This document shows positions 50,701 through 61,780 of a stretch of DNA of 61,780 nt, in pieces. Every line of letters begins with the position of its first letter. Within the stretch, counting starts at the first letter, position 1. The DNA is from Gemmatimonadota bacterium (GTDB lineage: Bacteria; Gemmatimonadota; Gemmatimonadetes; Gemmatimonadales; GWC2-71-9): assembly GCA_039586365.1 (NCBI GenBank), contig JBDHKN010000040.1:1-61780 (forward strand), written 5' to 3'. A model generated the notes under the pieces. The model worked only from the letters and a program-made list of their open reading frames with translations. It was not told where the DNA came from and ran no database searches. A program made the translations under genes and the position numbers.

Positions 50701-52184
50701 GTAGCTTCTTCCGCGAAGAACGGCTGCCACTTCTCCGGCGGCGATGGTTTGGTTAGCAGACTCACCACCACGAGCAATCCGATCGACACGATCACGCCCG
50801 GGATCACAATGTATTCGCTGCTAGCAAAATCAAATTCGGTCCCACTCAGGGTCATTGTGAAACTCACGCCCAGTCTGTTCAGCAATCGGACCCCCACGAT
50901 GCTTCCGAGGCCGCCGGCGATGCATGCCACCCCTCCCTGTGCAGTTACCCGCTTCCACAGGAAGCAGGCCAGTAAGGCTGGCGTAAGGCTGGCGCCGACG
51001 AGTGAATAAGCGTACAACGCCATCCCGAGCACTGTCTGGAACTGAGTCAGCAGTATCAATCCGACAGCGCCGAAGACAACGATAAAGACGCGTTGCAGGT
51101 TCACCTTTTGTCTTTCCGTTGCGTTCGGATTGATGAAACGCTCATAGATGTCGCGACTGACGTTGGTTGATGGGACCAGCAGGAAGGTATTCCCGGTCGA
51201 CAGGACGATGGCAATTGCGGCCGCGAGCAGTACTGCACCTCCCAGGAAGGGCAGTCCGTGCCGTGCAATATAGAGGATCACCGTCTCCGAAGCGGCCCGA
51301 CCCACTACCGAAGTCTGCTCAATGAGATCTGGATAGGCGCTACGGCCCACGATCGCGAGCAATGCCAGGGCGGTCTCGATGACGACTATTCCGACCACCA
51401 TTCCCAGCACGGCCTGTTTCGCTGCTCGGGCATTCTTGGCGGAGAAGAACTTCTGGTACATGCCACTCTCGCCGAGGATCAAGAGGAACGTCGGGGCTGC
51501 CACTCCAACCACCCAGAGCACATTGTGACCGCCGAGCGGTGTGGTGTGACCGGAAGGCAAGTTGGCCAAAACGTTGCTCAATCCACCCAGTTCGACGACC
51601 ATATAGGGAAGCGACAACAGGACCGCTAACGTAATGACGATCCCGTTGAAGACGTCGACAGTCACAATCGACACCATCCCTGCGAGCGCCGTGAAGCTCA
51701 CGATCGCAGTAGCAGTTATCAAGACCCCCATCTGGGGCGATATTGCTCCGTCCGTAACGATAGTCAGGATCCAGCCGCCGCCGCGGAATTGATAAGCGGC
51801 GATCGTGACGTAGGCGAGTATGATGGCGATGGTGCCCAATATGCGGGCGGCGGCATTGTAGCGTTGTTCCAGGAGGTCCGGTACCGTGTACTGCGCGATC
51901 GCTCGCACCCTACCTGCGAGGAAGTACGCCACTATCAGACCTACCCATCCGCCAAAGGAGAACCACAGTTCGGCGATTCCCGATCTATAGGCCAAACCAG
52001 CCCCACCAAAGAGGGAGCCGGAACCGATCCAAGTACATACGAGTGTGCCCACCAGCAGAGCCACCGAGACTGACCGCCCCGCAACCGCGAAGTCCTCGTG
52101 GCTCTTCACTGCTCGAGAACGCCATATGCTGACCCCAATGAGTATCGCTGGGTATATGAGGACGATGAAGGTTAAACGGTTCAT
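50697..52184 (-). CDS. Sodium:solute symporter family protein
   Basis: DFAVAGR; TVPDLLEQRY; many TM helices. Confidence 0.92.
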   Translation of the reverse strand: MNRLTFIVLIYPAILIGVSIWRSRAVKSHEDFAVAGRSVSVALLVGTLVCTWIGSGSLFGGAGLAYRSGIAELWFSFGGWVGLIVAYFLAGRVRAIAQYTVPDLLEQRYNAAARILGTIAIILAYVTIAAYQFRGGGWILTIVTDGAISPQMGVLITATAIVSFTALAGMVSIVTVDVFNGIVITLAVLLSLPYMVVELGGLSNVLANLPSGHTTPLGGHNVLWVVGVAAPTFLLILGESGMYQKFFSAKNARAAKQAVLGMVVGIVVIETALALLAIVGRSAYPDLIEQTSVVGRAASETVILYIARHGLPFLGGAVLLAAAIAIVLSTGNTFLLVPSTNVSRDIYERFINPNATERQKVNLQRVFIVVFGAVGLILLTQFQTVLGMALYAYSLVGASLTPALLACFLWKRVTAQGGVACIAGGLGSIVGVRLLNRLGVSFTMTLSGTEFDFASSEYIVIPGVIVSIGLLVVVSLLTKPSPPEKWQPFFAEEAT

Positions 52185-52302
52185 GCGACTCCTCCGAGCA
52201 GTGAAGAGTTTGTCCTTTCGCCGGTCTGCGAGTCCTGCAAGTCAACGCACATAGATACAGCAAATGTCGTTGCGCGGCCAGGCGAGGGTGTGGGTGCAGT
52301 GG

Positions 52303-53310
52303 TCACTGTGCCGCTTGCGGTGCGAGGGCACCATCCGCATGGTGACAGGCGACCCAGTGATCTGGTTGGATCTGGTGAAGCTCAGGTACTTCGGAGCGGC
52401 ATCGCTCGTTCATCTTGGGATGAGGGCAGCGTGGATGAAACGGGCATCCCGGCGGCGGAGTTCTTGGATTGGGAACGTCCCCACTGAGGATGATGCGTTG
52501 TCGTTGACTGTCGGGATCGGGTATGGGAACGGCCGACAACAAGGATGCCGTGTAGGGATGCATGGGTTCCCGATAAGTGTCGGCTGCAGAAGCAAGCTCC
52601 ACGAGTCTTCCGAGATACATCACTATTACGCGATCGGCGATATGGCGAACAACGGCGAGGTCGTGAGCAATGAACAAGTATGTGAGTCCGTGTCGCTCAC
52701 GCAGGTCAGCCAGCAGGTTCAACACCTGAGCCTGCACAGATACGTCGAGTGCCGACACGGGCTCGTCCAAGACAACGAACTCCGGTTCTACTGACAAGGC
52801 GCGTGCGATGCCCACTCGTTGCCGCTGTCCGCCGGAGAGTTCGTGTGGATAGCGGTCCACGTATGTCGGATCGAGACCGACTTCACGGAATAGGTTCACC
52901 ACTCTCTGGCGAGCGCCGGCACCGCGGGCAATGCCATGTACCTCAATTGGTTCTCGCACAGCGGTGCCCACCGTCATCCGGGGGTTGAGAGAGCCGAATG
53001 GATCCTGAAAGACAAGCTGCATGTGCCGCCGGAGCGCTCGGAGTGGCCTTGCCCTCAAGGAGAGTAGATCGACATCATCAAACATGACCTTGCCCGATGT
53101 GGGTTCGGTCAACCTGAGGATGCAGCGACCGAGTGTCGTCTTGCCGCTGCCACTCTCACCCACCAACCCCAGGCACTCGCTCCGCTGTACGGTGAATCTG
53201 ACACCGTCGACGGCGCGCACGCAGCTAGGCCTCGCGAACAACCCTCCGGCTGATCGGTACTCCTTGGTCAGGTCCTGAACAACGACGAGTGGTCCGGCTT
53301 GGTCGGTCAC
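52303..53310 (-). CDS. Oligopeptide ABC transporter ATPase (OppF-like)
   Basis: [24 protein letters not shown]. Confidence 0.93.
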   Translation of the reverse strand: MTDQAGPLVVVQDLTKEYRSAGGLFARPSCVRAVDGVRFTVQRSECLGLVGESGSGKTTLGRCILRLTEPTSGKVMFDDVDLLSLRARPLRALRRHMQLVFQDPFGSLNPRMTVGTAVREPIEVHGIARGAGARQRVVNLFREVGLDPTYVDRYPHELSGGQRQRVGIARALSVEPEFVVLDEPVSALDVSVQAQVLNLLADLRERHGLTYLFIAHDLAVVRHIADRVIVMYLGRLVELASAADTYREPMHPYTASLLSAVPIPDPDSQRQRIILSGDVPNPRTPPPGCPFHPRCPHPKMNERCRSEVPELHQIQPDHWVACHHADGALAPQAAQ

Positions 53311-54293
53311 GTGCGTCTCCGTTCGGGTTCCTCGGTCAGCCAACAACGCACGCTGCGATCAGGTTCCGTGGGGGCTAGAGCCGGCATCTCGGACCGACAG
53401 TGGTCCCACACGTGAGGACAACGAGGGTGAAAGCGGCAAGCCGTGGGCCATGAATGCGCTGGTGGTACAGCACCGGGGATAGTATCGAGTCTTTCGACGA
53501 GCTGGTCGAGTCGCGGGACGGAACGCATCAGGGCGCCGGTATATGGATGGGTTGGTTCGCGAAACAAGGCTCTCATTGGGGATTGTTCGACGATCTGGCC
53601 GCCATACATCACAGCCACCCGATCGGTCACGCCAGCCACGATACCGAGGTCGTGGGTGATCAAGATCATTGACATCCCGAGCCGTTGCTTCAGGTCCAGC
53701 AACAGCTCGAGAATCTGTGCCTGAATGGTCACGTCCAGCGCTGTCGTGGGTTCATCTGCAATGAGAACCTTCGGACTGCAGGATAGCGCAATCGCAATCA
53801 ATACACGCTGTTGCATCCCGCCACTCAGTTGGTGGGGGTAGTCGCCGATTCTCTTCTGGGGATCGGGCAGGCCTACGAGGTCAAGGAGTTCCACTGCACG
53901 ATCGCGCGCCGCCCGGCCCGAGACGATCTGGTGTGCGCGTAGCGTTTCGGTGATCTGGGTACCCACGGTAAGCACGGGATTCAAGCTGGTTGTGGGTTCT
54001 TGGAATATCATTGCGATTTCGGCACCGCGAATCTCGCGCAGTGCGCGGGGGGAGAGTCGCATTAGGTCGCTACCTTGGTACTCAACCACGCCCTCCTCAG
54101 ATATCCGGCCGGGACGGTCGATTAGTCGCAGCAGCGACAGAGCCGTAACCGTCTTCCCGGATCCAGACTCGCCTACTATGCCGAGGGTCTCACCTTGGAA
54201 CAATTCGAGAGAGACGTCATCGACGGCACGGGCAATGCCTCGCTCGGTCGCGAAGGTCGTCGTTAGGTGTCGGACGATGAGTATGGGATTCAT
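53307..54293 (-). CDS. Oligopeptide ABC transporter ATPase (OppD-like)
   Basis: [29 protein letters not shown]. Confidence 0.93.
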   Translation of the reverse strand: MNPILIVRHLTTTFATERGIARAVDDVSLELFQGETLGIVGESGSGKTVTALSLLRLIDRPGRISEEGVVEYQGSDLMRLSPRALREIRGAEIAMIFQEPTTSLNPVLTVGTQITETLRAHQIVSGRAARDRAVELLDLVGLPDPQKRIGDYPHQLSGGMQQRVLIAIALSCSPKVLIADEPTTALDVTIQAQILELLLDLKQRLGMSMILITHDLGIVAGVTDRVAVMYGGQIVEQSPMRALFREPTHPYTGALMRSVPRLDQLVERLDTIPGAVPPAHSWPTACRFHPRCPHVWDHCRSEMPALAPTEPDRSVRCWLTEEPERRRT

Positions 54294-55117
54294 GTCACTC
54301 TTGGATCGACGGATTCGCGTACACCATCGCCTACCAGGCTGAACCCTATCACGGTGAGCACTATGACAACGCCGGGAAAGATGGATATCCACGGTGCGTT
54401 GGTCATCTGCTCGTAGCCGTCTCGGATCATTCGTCCTAAGGAAGCCGTCGGTTCCTGCACTCCAACGCCAAGGTATGACAACCCAGCCTCGATCAGGATG
54501 ATCTGTCCCATGCCCAGAGTTGCCGCGACGATCACCGGTGTGACAGCGTTGGGCATCAGGTGTCGTAGCAGGATCCGAGCCGTACCAACTCCAAGGGATC
54601 TTGCAGCAGTCACGAAATCTCTCTGACGCAAGCTCAAGACTTCTGCGCGAACCAGCCTGCTAGTACCGAACCAACTCGTAAGGCCAAGCACTGTGATGAG
54701 GCCGCCAACCCCGACTCGCTCCCAGAGAGCGAGCACGACCAGGATCAAGAATACCCGCGGGATCGCCAGAGCCGCATCGACTAGCCGCATCAGCACCGCG
54801 TCAACCCAATTGCCAGAAAGACCGGCAATTAGGCCGACGGTTGCTCCAATGGTAACCGACAGCAGTATGGACAGCAGCGCGATGGTCAAAGACACCCGGG
54901 CGCCATACAGCACCCGAGTCAGTAGGTCGCGGCTATAGAAGTCCGTGCCAAACGGATGGTCGAGTCGTGGTGACAGCAGCTGCCTGTTCAACAGGTCGAT
55001 CTGCTCTGCTGGGCCGTATGGCGAGATGACAGGGGCGAGGATCGCAGCGGCTGCCAGAATACCGACTAGCGCAAGCCCGAGGCGAGTGCGACGGCTTCTG
55101 AGCAAGCTATGTAGCAT
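54290..55117 (-). CDS. Oligopeptide ABC permease (OppC-like)
   Basis: HPFGTD; EAA-like loop; RHLMPN. Confidence 0.92.
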   Translation of the reverse strand: MLHSLLRSRRTRLGLALVGILAAAAILAPVISPYGPAEQIDLLNRQLLSPRLDHPFGTDFYSRDLLTRVLYGARVSLTIALLSILLSVTIGATVGLIAGLSGNWVDAVLMRLVDAALAIPRVFLILVVLALWERVGVGGLITVLGLTSWFGTSRLVRAEVLSLRQRDFVTAARSLGVGTARILLRHLMPNAVTPVIVAATLGMGQIILIEAGLSYLGVGVQEPTASLGRMIRDGYEQMTNAPWISIFPGVVIVLTVIGFSLVGDGVRESVDPRVT

Positions 55118-56103
55118 CAGCCCTCCGACCATGTTTCGGGACGGGTGCGCGGATCCGCCACCCAGTACAGGACGTCAGCCAGCAAGTTTCCCAGCACAAC
55201 CACAGTTGCTGTCACAATGGCGCTGCCGGTCACGACTGGGTAGTCTCGGTTCTCGATAGCCTCGACGACAAATCGCCCCAATCCGGGCCAACCAAAAACA
55301 GTCTCCACGAGGACAGAGCCGGACAGTAAGATAGGAAAGGACAGGCCGAAAAGCGTGATCGTCGGCAGCAGCGAATTCCTGAGGGCATGACGGAATATTA
55401 CGACTCTCTCAGTCAGGCCCTTGGCCCTGGCACTGCGCACGAAATTCTGACGAATCGCATCCAGCATGGCAGCTCTCTGATATCTGGCCGTGCCGGCTGC
55501 TCCGACTAGACCCAACGTCAACGCCGGAAGAATCAGGTGATGCAATCGGTCGAGAATTCGACCCAGAATAGAAAGCTGATCGTAGCCAATTGAGCTCTTC
55601 GAGCCCTCTATCGGGAACCAGCCCAGATTCAAGGAGAACAGAAGCATCAGTACTACACCCAGCCAAAAGACAGGAATTGAGTAGAGGGTCAGTGTGGCTG
55701 TGGTAAGAGCATCGTCGGTCCGTGAGCGAGGATGTGCTCCCTGCGCGGCACCGGTCGAGATCCCGAGAACGAAGTCAATCAACAGTGCAGTGAAGGCCAA
55801 CACAAAGGTGGCCGGAATTCTCTCACGTATCGCGTCCCAGACGGGCCGTCGCTCTGAGAATGAATCACCAAGGTCACCACGGGCGACGTTAGCCACATAG
55901 CGGACGTACTGTTGGTGAATAGGCAGATGGAGCCCGGCTCGTTCCCTGACTTGAGCAATGAGCTGCGGAGATGCAGGTGATCCCTCGACCATGCGCTGGA
56001 ATGGGTCACCCGGTGCAAGGCGTATGAGGACGAAGGTCAGTGTGACTACTAGCAATACTATCGCGGCTCCTTGGAGGAGCCGCACCGCCAGGAATCGCGT
56101 CAC
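55117..56103 (-). CDS. Oligopeptide ABC permease (OppB-like)
   Basis: PGDP; ARAKGL; HALRN; ETVFGWPGLG. Confidence 0.93.
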   Translation of the reverse strand: MTRFLAVRLLQGAAIVLLVVTLTFVLIRLAPGDPFQRMVEGSPASPQLIAQVRERAGLHLPIHQQYVRYVANVARGDLGDSFSERRPVWDAIRERIPATFVLAFTALLIDFVLGISTGAAQGAHPRSRTDDALTTATLTLYSIPVFWLGVVLMLLFSLNLGWFPIEGSKSSIGYDQLSILGRILDRLHHLILPALTLGLVGAAGTARYQRAAMLDAIRQNFVRSARAKGLTERVVIFRHALRNSLLPTITLFGLSFPILLSGSVLVETVFGWPGLGRFVVEAIENRDYPVVTGSAIVTATVVVLGNLLADVLYWVADPRTRPETWSEG

Positions 56104-56104
56104 T

Positions 56105-57769
56105 TTAGTTTGACGCGATGAGATCCCGGGTTATCACTTGGTCCCGCGCCACCCTCCAAGTCCAGATCGACTTCCAGTACTCGTCCCAGGGCATCGTCAC
56201 GTTTTCGATTCGGTCGTGAACACCGGCCACACCGATCGGTGTGAACAGCCAGACGGCGGGCACGTCCGCATTGATCACGTTTAGGGCTTGTTTCCATCTG
56301 GTCCGGGCAGTGTCGCGGTCAAATGTTGTCGTGGCTTCGTCGACGAGTTGGTCAAATCTGGGGTTCGAGTAGGCAACCGCATTGAAGCCTCCGATCCCTG
56401 TTGATGTCCACGCCTCAGCGACCGACCCAGGACTCGCGTCGTGCGCGAGTGATTGGAGATATGCGTCAAATTCCCCACTCATTGCGTGCGTGTTCCAGAC
56501 AGTCGGCTCGAGTTCGTTGATGGTCATTTCGACGCCGAGCTGCTTGAGCTGATCTTGGAGAATCACGGCCGTGCGTCTCCGCAGTGCACTTGACGCGGGC
56601 ACGATGACCTCAAAGGAAAGTCGACGGTCACCGTGATCAAGCACATCGTCACCATCCGGGTCACTCCAGCCGAGCTCAGAGAGCAGCTGTCGTGCACCGG
56701 CACTGTCGAACGAGATCTGGTCGACGTCGTCTGTCCACACCCAGAGCGACTGTGTCACCGGTCCGACCAACGGCCGTCCGTACTCTCCTAAAACCGCCTG
56801 TGTCAGCGCCTCCCGGTCAACTCCCATGGAAATGGCACGCCTCAAATCACGGCTCGCGAACAGTGGGTGTGGGCGTGACGTGTCTTCGGGATCGCGCATA
56901 TTGAATCCCATGAAATTGTAGACGCCTACGTCATATTGTTCGATCCTCAAATCCTCGTGCTCGGCGACTCGGGTGATGTTCTCGATTCCGGGGATGTAGC
57001 TCAGATAGTCTGCTTCTCCCGCAATTAGCTGCGAGACGATCGCAATCGGGTCAGGAACGAAGCGCCACACGATCCTGCGAAATCCCGGACGTCCGGCGAA
57101 GAAGGTCGAATCTCCCGCCAACTCGATCATCTCGCCGGCATTCCAACGAACGAATCGGAACGGGCCATTGCCCACCGGGCTCCTCGCGAACGGATGGGAT
57201 ATGAGTTCACCGTGCGACACATCCCCAAGCAAATGGTGCGGGAGAATCCTCATGTGGTAGACCGCGTCGAAGAACTGCTCCGGGTAATGGCGGCTGAACA
57301 CGAATATGGCCGTGAGAGAATCTCGCGCAGTGACGGACGCGATGGAGGCGAGGCGGCTCCTACCGGAGAACCCGACCGCGGGATCCGTGTATACCTCGTA
57401 CGTGAAGGCCACGTCATGGGCGGTGACTAAAGTGCCGTCGTGCCACCGGGCCTGGGGATTGATCTGGAACCTGATAGTCGTCGGGTCCTCGAAATCCCAA
57501 GCTTCGGCCAACTTCGGCACGAATCCATCATCGCCGAATGTGTTCGACTCCGGGCCGACGTCCGCGAGTTTCCAGAAGAGCAAATCGCCCAGTGCCAGAT
57601 CAACATCGTAGGCAGCAAGCGGCGGCAGCAACGCTTCCGGCTCAGCGCTGGAAGCCATGATTGCAGTCCCGCACCAGTTCCCTTCGCAGCTCAGCTCCGG
57701 TTCGCAAGCCATGAGTCCGAGGAATGCTGCTATCAGTCCATGCGTGAGTTTGAGACGGGTTCGTTTCAT
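56105..57769 (-). CDS. Peptide ABC substrate-binding lipoprotein (family 5)
   Basis: LMAC lipobox; WHDG..VTAHDV; PVGNGPF. Confidence 0.92.
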   Translation of the reverse strand: MKRTRLKLTHGLIAAFLGLMACEPELSCEGNWCGTAIMASSAEPEALLPPLAAYDVDLALGDLLFWKLADVGPESNTFGDDGFVPKLAEAWDFEDPTTIRFQINPQARWHDGTLVTAHDVAFTYEVYTDPAVGFSGRSRLASIASVTARDSLTAIFVFSRHYPEQFFDAVYHMRILPHHLLGDVSHGELISHPFARSPVGNGPFRFVRWNAGEMIELAGDSTFFAGRPGFRRIVWRFVPDPIAIVSQLIAGEADYLSYIPGIENITRVAEHEDLRIEQYDVGVYNFMGFNMRDPEDTSRPHPLFASRDLRRAISMGVDREALTQAVLGEYGRPLVGPVTQSLWVWTDDVDQISFDSAGARQLLSELGWSDPDGDDVLDHGDRRLSFEVIVPASSALRRRTAVILQDQLKQLGVEMTINELEPTVWNTHAMSGEFDAYLQSLAHDASPGSVAEAWTSTGIGGFNAVAYSNPRFDQLVDEATTTFDRDTARTRWKQALNVINADVPAVWLFTPIGVAGVHDRIENVTMPWDEYWKSIWTWRVARDQVITRDLIASN

Positions 57770-57794
57770 GGTTTCACCTTCCAGAGGATTGGGA

Positions 57795-58553
57795 TCACCG
57801 CCGCCACGTCCACGCCGGATCCGCGAACTGTTCCAGATGCGATTCTATAACTGGCGCGTCACCATCATTCCAATTGCCGGACCAGGACCGCACAACCTCG
57901 GCCCGTATTGCTGCTGCGACCTCGTCAAAACCGACTGGTCGGCCTAGCTGTGTAGAGATCGATGTTGCTGCAGGCGTCATATGTTCGCCCCTGATCACGC
58001 TTGCGACAATATCCTGTCCGTCTTCGAGCAGAATCGACCCGTGCTGCAAGAAGGACTCTCCTTCCCTTACTTGGGCACTGCCGACGAGCTTCCGCCCCGC
58101 GACCGTGACCTCACCTCCCGCTGGTGCAGCGAAGCAGGCACCGTTGTTCAATGAGCCGGTGCGCCTGCTCCGTCGGCCAGCCAACTGGGCTGGGATTCCC
58201 AATTTGCGGAGCGCGAAGGCCAGAGTGGCGTGGATAATATTGTACGTTTCCTGCAGCGATCCAAACGTGGAGTTGGGTGCAGCGACAGCGTAGGTAACCT
58301 CAGCATCGTGCCAAACAGCCCGCCCGCCTGAAGGTCGGCGGACCGTGGCCAAGCCCAGTCGTTCGATCTCATCCCTGTCGTAACGCACCGCGGCTGGCTC
58401 ATTCCGCCCAAACGAGAGGCATGGCGGCACCCACCTATACAGGCGTAGGAAAGCAACTCCCTCCCTTGCCCGGCGCAGTAGGGCGTAATCGACACTCATG
58501 TTGTGGCTCCCTGGGCAACCCGATGGTTCTACGATCAGGGACCAGTCTAGCAT
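57795..58553 (-). CDS. Lipoate-protein ligase A / LipM-like
   Basis: NMSVD; RRPSGGRAVWH; KLVGSAQ; LQHGSI. Confidence 0.88.
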   Translation of the reverse strand: MLDWSLIVEPSGCPGSHNMSVDYALLRRAREGVAFLRLYRWVPPCLSFGRNEPAAVRYDRDEIERLGLATVRRPSGGRAVWHDAEVTYAVAAPNSTFGSLQETYNIIHATLAFALRKLGIPAQLAGRRSRRTGSLNNGACFAAPAGGEVTVAGRKLVGSAQVREGESFLQHGSILLEDGQDIVASVIRGEHMTPAATSISTQLGRPVGFDEVAAAIRAEVVRSWSGNWNDGDAPVIESHLEQFADPAWTWRR

Positions 58554-61454
58554 CTATGCCCCAACAGGATCGGCGTCGCTGTAGACCTCCAAAGGCAAGC
58601 AACAGATCAGGTGTCGGTCACCGAATGCCCCGTCCACACGTCCCACTGTGGGCCAGCTCTTGTGATCGCGGGTCTGTTGAGTCGGGAATGCTGCCAACTC
58701 TCTCGAATAGGGGCGGTCCCACTCGTCGGACGTCACCACCTGCATAGTGTGAGGAGCGTTCTTGAGGACATTGTTCTCTGGATCTGCCCTTCCCTCTTCA
58801 ATAGCACGGATCTCTTCGCGGATCGCCAGCATCGCGTCGCAGAATCGATCCAGTTCCTCCTTGGACTCGCTTTCGGTCGGCTCGACCATCAGTGTTCCGG
58901 CAACAGGGAAGGAGACCGTCGGCGCGTGAAAGCCATAATCCATCAACCGCTTGGCTATGTCCTCTACGTCCACCCCGGAAGTGGCCTTGAACTGCCGCAC
59001 ATCTAGGATGCACTCGTGACCGATCAGTCCGTTACGCCCAGCGTAGAGTAGCGGATACACACCCTCAAGCCGTTTGACGATGTAGTTGGCGTTCAGGATC
59101 GCGACTTGAGTGGCCTCTTGCTGCCCCGCCGGGCCGGTGAGGGCTAGGTAGGTCCAGGAGATCGGCAGAACCGAAGCACTACCCCAAGGTGCAGCTGAGA
59201 CCGAGCCACAGGAATCTTCGACGCCGAGCGGTATGACGGGGTGATCGGGCAGGAACGGCGCAAGGTGCTCGGCAGCGCAGATCGGCCCCATCCCTGGTCC
59301 ACCACCGCCATGCGGAATGGCGAACGTCTTGTGGAGATTGATGTGACACACGTCCGCGCCGTAATCTCCCGGACGGCAGAGTCCCACTTGTGCATTCAAG
59401 TTAGCACCGTCCAGGTAGACCTGCCCGCCATGCTGGTGGATGATCTCGTTGATCTCTCGGACGCCGGCCTCAAACACTCCGTGAGTGGACGGATAGGTGA
59501 TCATCAGTGCAGCCAGCTCACTACTGTATTCCACGGCTTTGGCTCGCAGATCGTCGATGTCGATGTTGCCGTGTTCGTCTGTGCCAATCACGACGACCTT
59601 CATACCAGCCATGACTGCGCTGGCAGGGTTGGTACCATGGGCCGACTTCGGAATCAAGCACACGGAACGCCGGGTATCACCTCTGGAGCGATGGTAGGCT
59701 CGAATGACGAGCAGTCCAGCGAATTCACCTTGCGCTCCTGCGTTGGGTTGCAGCGAGACATGCGGTAGACCGGTGATCTCGGCGAGCTGATGCTGCAGGT
59801 CGTGAAACAAAACTCGATACCCGTCCGCCTGCTCTCGCGGTGCGAACGGATGTAAAGCACCGAATTGACGCCAGGTAATCGGGATCATCTCAGCCGTCGC
59901 ATTGAGTTTCATCGTGCACGATCCAAGCGGGATCATGGCGGATGTCAGAGACAGGTCGCGCGCCTCGAGCTTCTTGATGTAGCGCATCATTTCCGTCTCC
60001 GAGCGGTAGCGGTGAAAGACCGGGTACGAGAGAAACTCCGAAGTCCGCCGCAACGACTGCGGTATGGCCTGGCCATCCTTGGTCTCTCCTGCGAGTTGCT
60101 GGACATCGAATGGGATGCTGTCCTTGGGGGAGAAGGCCGCAATGATATCGGCGATATCGTCCAGCGTAGTGGTCTCGTCGAGCGTGATCCCAATTCGGGA
60201 ATCCGATACCTCCCGAAGGTTGATGCGGCGAGCCCGCGCAGCGTCGTGGACAGCGGAAACGGCTTTGCCTGACGGTTCGACTGCGACAGTGTCGAAGAAC
60301 TCGTCGTGAACAACTCGATGTCCCAAACGACGCAGCGCTTCCGTTAGCGTGACAGCCAACGCATGGACGCGCCCCGCGATGCGGAGCAGCCCGTCAGGGC
60401 CGTGATACACCGCATACATCCCTGCAATCACTGCAAGTAGCACTTGCGCTGTGCAGATATTGCTTGTGGCCTTGTCACGCCGGATGTGCTGCTCCCGGGT
60501 CTGCAGCGACATGCGAAGCGCAGCATTCCCTGCACTGTCACGAGAGATCCCGATGATGCGTCCAGGTATTCTCCGCTTGTGGGCATCTCTGGTCGCAAAA
60601 AAGGCTGCGTGTGGTCCGCCATATCCAAGGGGAACACCGAAGCGCTGCGAGTTTCCCACGGCCACGTCCGCACCGAGATCCCCCGGCGGGGCTAGCATTG
60701 TGAGAGCTAGCAGGTCTGTCGCCATCGTAACCAACGCCCCCGCTGAGTGCGCCCGTTCGCAGACGGAACGGTGATCAACGATCCGACCTTGGCTCCCGGG
60801 ATACTGAATCAGGGCCCCAACCACCCCCGGCTTGAACTCGAAACCGCTCGCGTCCGCGACTACGATCTCCACATCCCGCAGTTCTGCGCGTGTTTGGACT
60901 ACGGCTACCGTCTGGGCGTGACAGTCTTCATCAACCAAGTACACTGGTGAAGCCACCTGCTTTGCAGCACCCACGGTCATCGTCATAGCCTCGGCTGCAG
61001 CTGTGCCCTCGTCGAGCAGAGATGCATTGGCGATCTCGAGACCGGTCAAGTCAGCGACCATCGTCTGGAAGTTGAGGAGGGCCTCCAGCCGGCCTTGAGC
61101 GATCTCTGCTTGGTAAGGAGTATACGCTGTGTACCACCCGGGATTCTCCAGGATGTTGCGGAGGATCACCGGAGGCGTAACACAATCCGCATAGCCCATG
61201 CCGATAAAGGACCGGTAGACGTCATTGCGCGCAGCTATCGCTTCCAGAGCAGCCAGCACCTCGCTTTCGCTCCGGGGTGCTGGAATGTTCAGTGGCCGTT
61301 CCAGTCTGATATTCTCGGGAACGACCGCATCCATCAGCACGTCGAGAGAATCATACCCCAATGTTGCCAGCATCTCCTGTACGTCTGCCGGACGTGGGCC
61401 GATATGCCTGCGGATGAACTGTCCAGTCTGACTGTGTGGAAGTGGGGTTTCCAT
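58554..61454 (-). CDS. gcvP: Glycine dehydrogenase (glycine cleavage P protein, single chain)
   Basis: [37 protein letters not shown]. Confidence 0.98.
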   Translation of the reverse strand: METPLPHSQTGQFIRRHIGPRPADVQEMLATLGYDSLDVLMDAVVPENIRLERPLNIPAPRSESEVLAALEAIAARNDVYRSFIGMGYADCVTPPVILRNILENPGWYTAYTPYQAEIAQGRLEALLNFQTMVADLTGLEIANASLLDEGTAAAEAMTMTVGAAKQVASPVYLVDEDCHAQTVAVVQTRAELRDVEIVVADASGFEFKPGVVGALIQYPGSQGRIVDHRSVCERAHSAGALVTMATDLLALTMLAPPGDLGADVAVGNSQRFGVPLGYGGPHAAFFATRDAHKRRIPGRIIGISRDSAGNAALRMSLQTREQHIRRDKATSNICTAQVLLAVIAGMYAVYHGPDGLLRIAGRVHALAVTLTEALRRLGHRVVHDEFFDTVAVEPSGKAVSAVHDAARARRINLREVSDSRIGITLDETTTLDDIADIIAAFSPKDSIPFDVQQLAGETKDGQAIPQSLRRTSEFLSYPVFHRYRSETEMMRYIKKLEARDLSLTSAMIPLGSCTMKLNATAEMIPITWRQFGALHPFAPREQADGYRVLFHDLQHQLAEITGLPHVSLQPNAGAQGEFAGLLVIRAYHRSRGDTRRSVCLIPKSAHGTNPASAVMAGMKVVVIGTDEHGNIDIDDLRAKAVEYSSELAALMITYPSTHGVFEAGVREINEIIHQHGGQVYLDGANLNAQVGLCRPGDYGADVCHINLHKTFAIPHGGGGPGMGPICAAEHLAPFLPDHPVIPLGVEDSCGSVSAAPWGSASVLPISWTYLALTGPAGQQEATQVAILNANYIVKRLEGVYPLLYAGRNGLIGHECILDVRQFKATSGVDVEDIAKRLMDYGFHAPTVSFPVAGTLMVEPTESESKEELDRFCDAMLAIREEIRAIEEGRADPENNVLKNAPHTMQVVTSDEWDRPYSRELAAFPTQQTRDHKSWPTVGRVDGAFGDRHLICCLPLEVYSDADPVGA

Positions 61455-61544
61455 CGTGGCGTTTCCTTATTGTGCAAAAGCCCCGGGGGTAGCTCCCGGG
61501 GCAGATGAGTCCCGTGCTATGATGGCACAGTGCCCCGGAGAGTC

Positions 61545-61780
61545 TTACTCGCCGATGTGTTGTGCGTAGTCCGTGGCACCGAGCAGTTTAGGCAGGTCTT
61601 CCGGATTCCGTAACTGCAGCTTGATCATCCAGCCATCACCATAAGGGTCCTCGTTGACCAGGTTTGGGTTGCCGTCCAACTCAGCGTTGATCTCAATCAC
61701 TTCACCCGCGACAGGACAGAACAGCTCGGAAACCGCTTTTACAGCCTCGATTGTCCCGAACACGTCCATCTGACCAAAGG
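61545..61780 (-). CDS. gcvH: Glycine cleavage H protein (5'-truncated by window edge)
   Basis: IEAVKAVSE lipoyl-Lys motif; VNEDPYGDGW. Confidence 0.93.
   Translation of the reverse strand, partial: FGQMDVFGTIEAVKAVSELFCPVAGEVIEINAELDGNPNLVNEDPYGDGWMIKLQLRNPEDLPKLLGATDYAQHIGE

Overview
Bacterial chromosomal window, GC-rich. Gene content suggests a Gram-negative organism, probably Gemmatimonadota (inference). Bases 1-~9.1 kb are the right end of a prophage or integrative element: small early genes, a RecT-like annealing protein, an HNH-like protein, a replication initiator with internal repeats, a Prim-Pol/DnaB fusion, Gp37/Gp68, RusA, an excisionase-like HTH, a tyrosine integrase and one cargo gene. 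It abuts the 3' end of tRNA-Pro(CGG), the last of six minus-strand tRNAs, and att-like arm repeats and an IHF site are visible. The rest is core genome: sigma-70 factor, mlaEFD, atpAGDC, waaA, metG, accA, dnaE, a peptidase cluster, lipB-lpdA-pdhCBA-lipA, thiO, a peptide ABC transporter, a lipoate ligase, gcvP and gcvH (partial). The clearest anomaly is a frameshifting deletion in pdhC that removes the catalytic DHRxxD segment. No clearly novel multi-gene system can be established from sequence alone; the best candidates are listed as findings.
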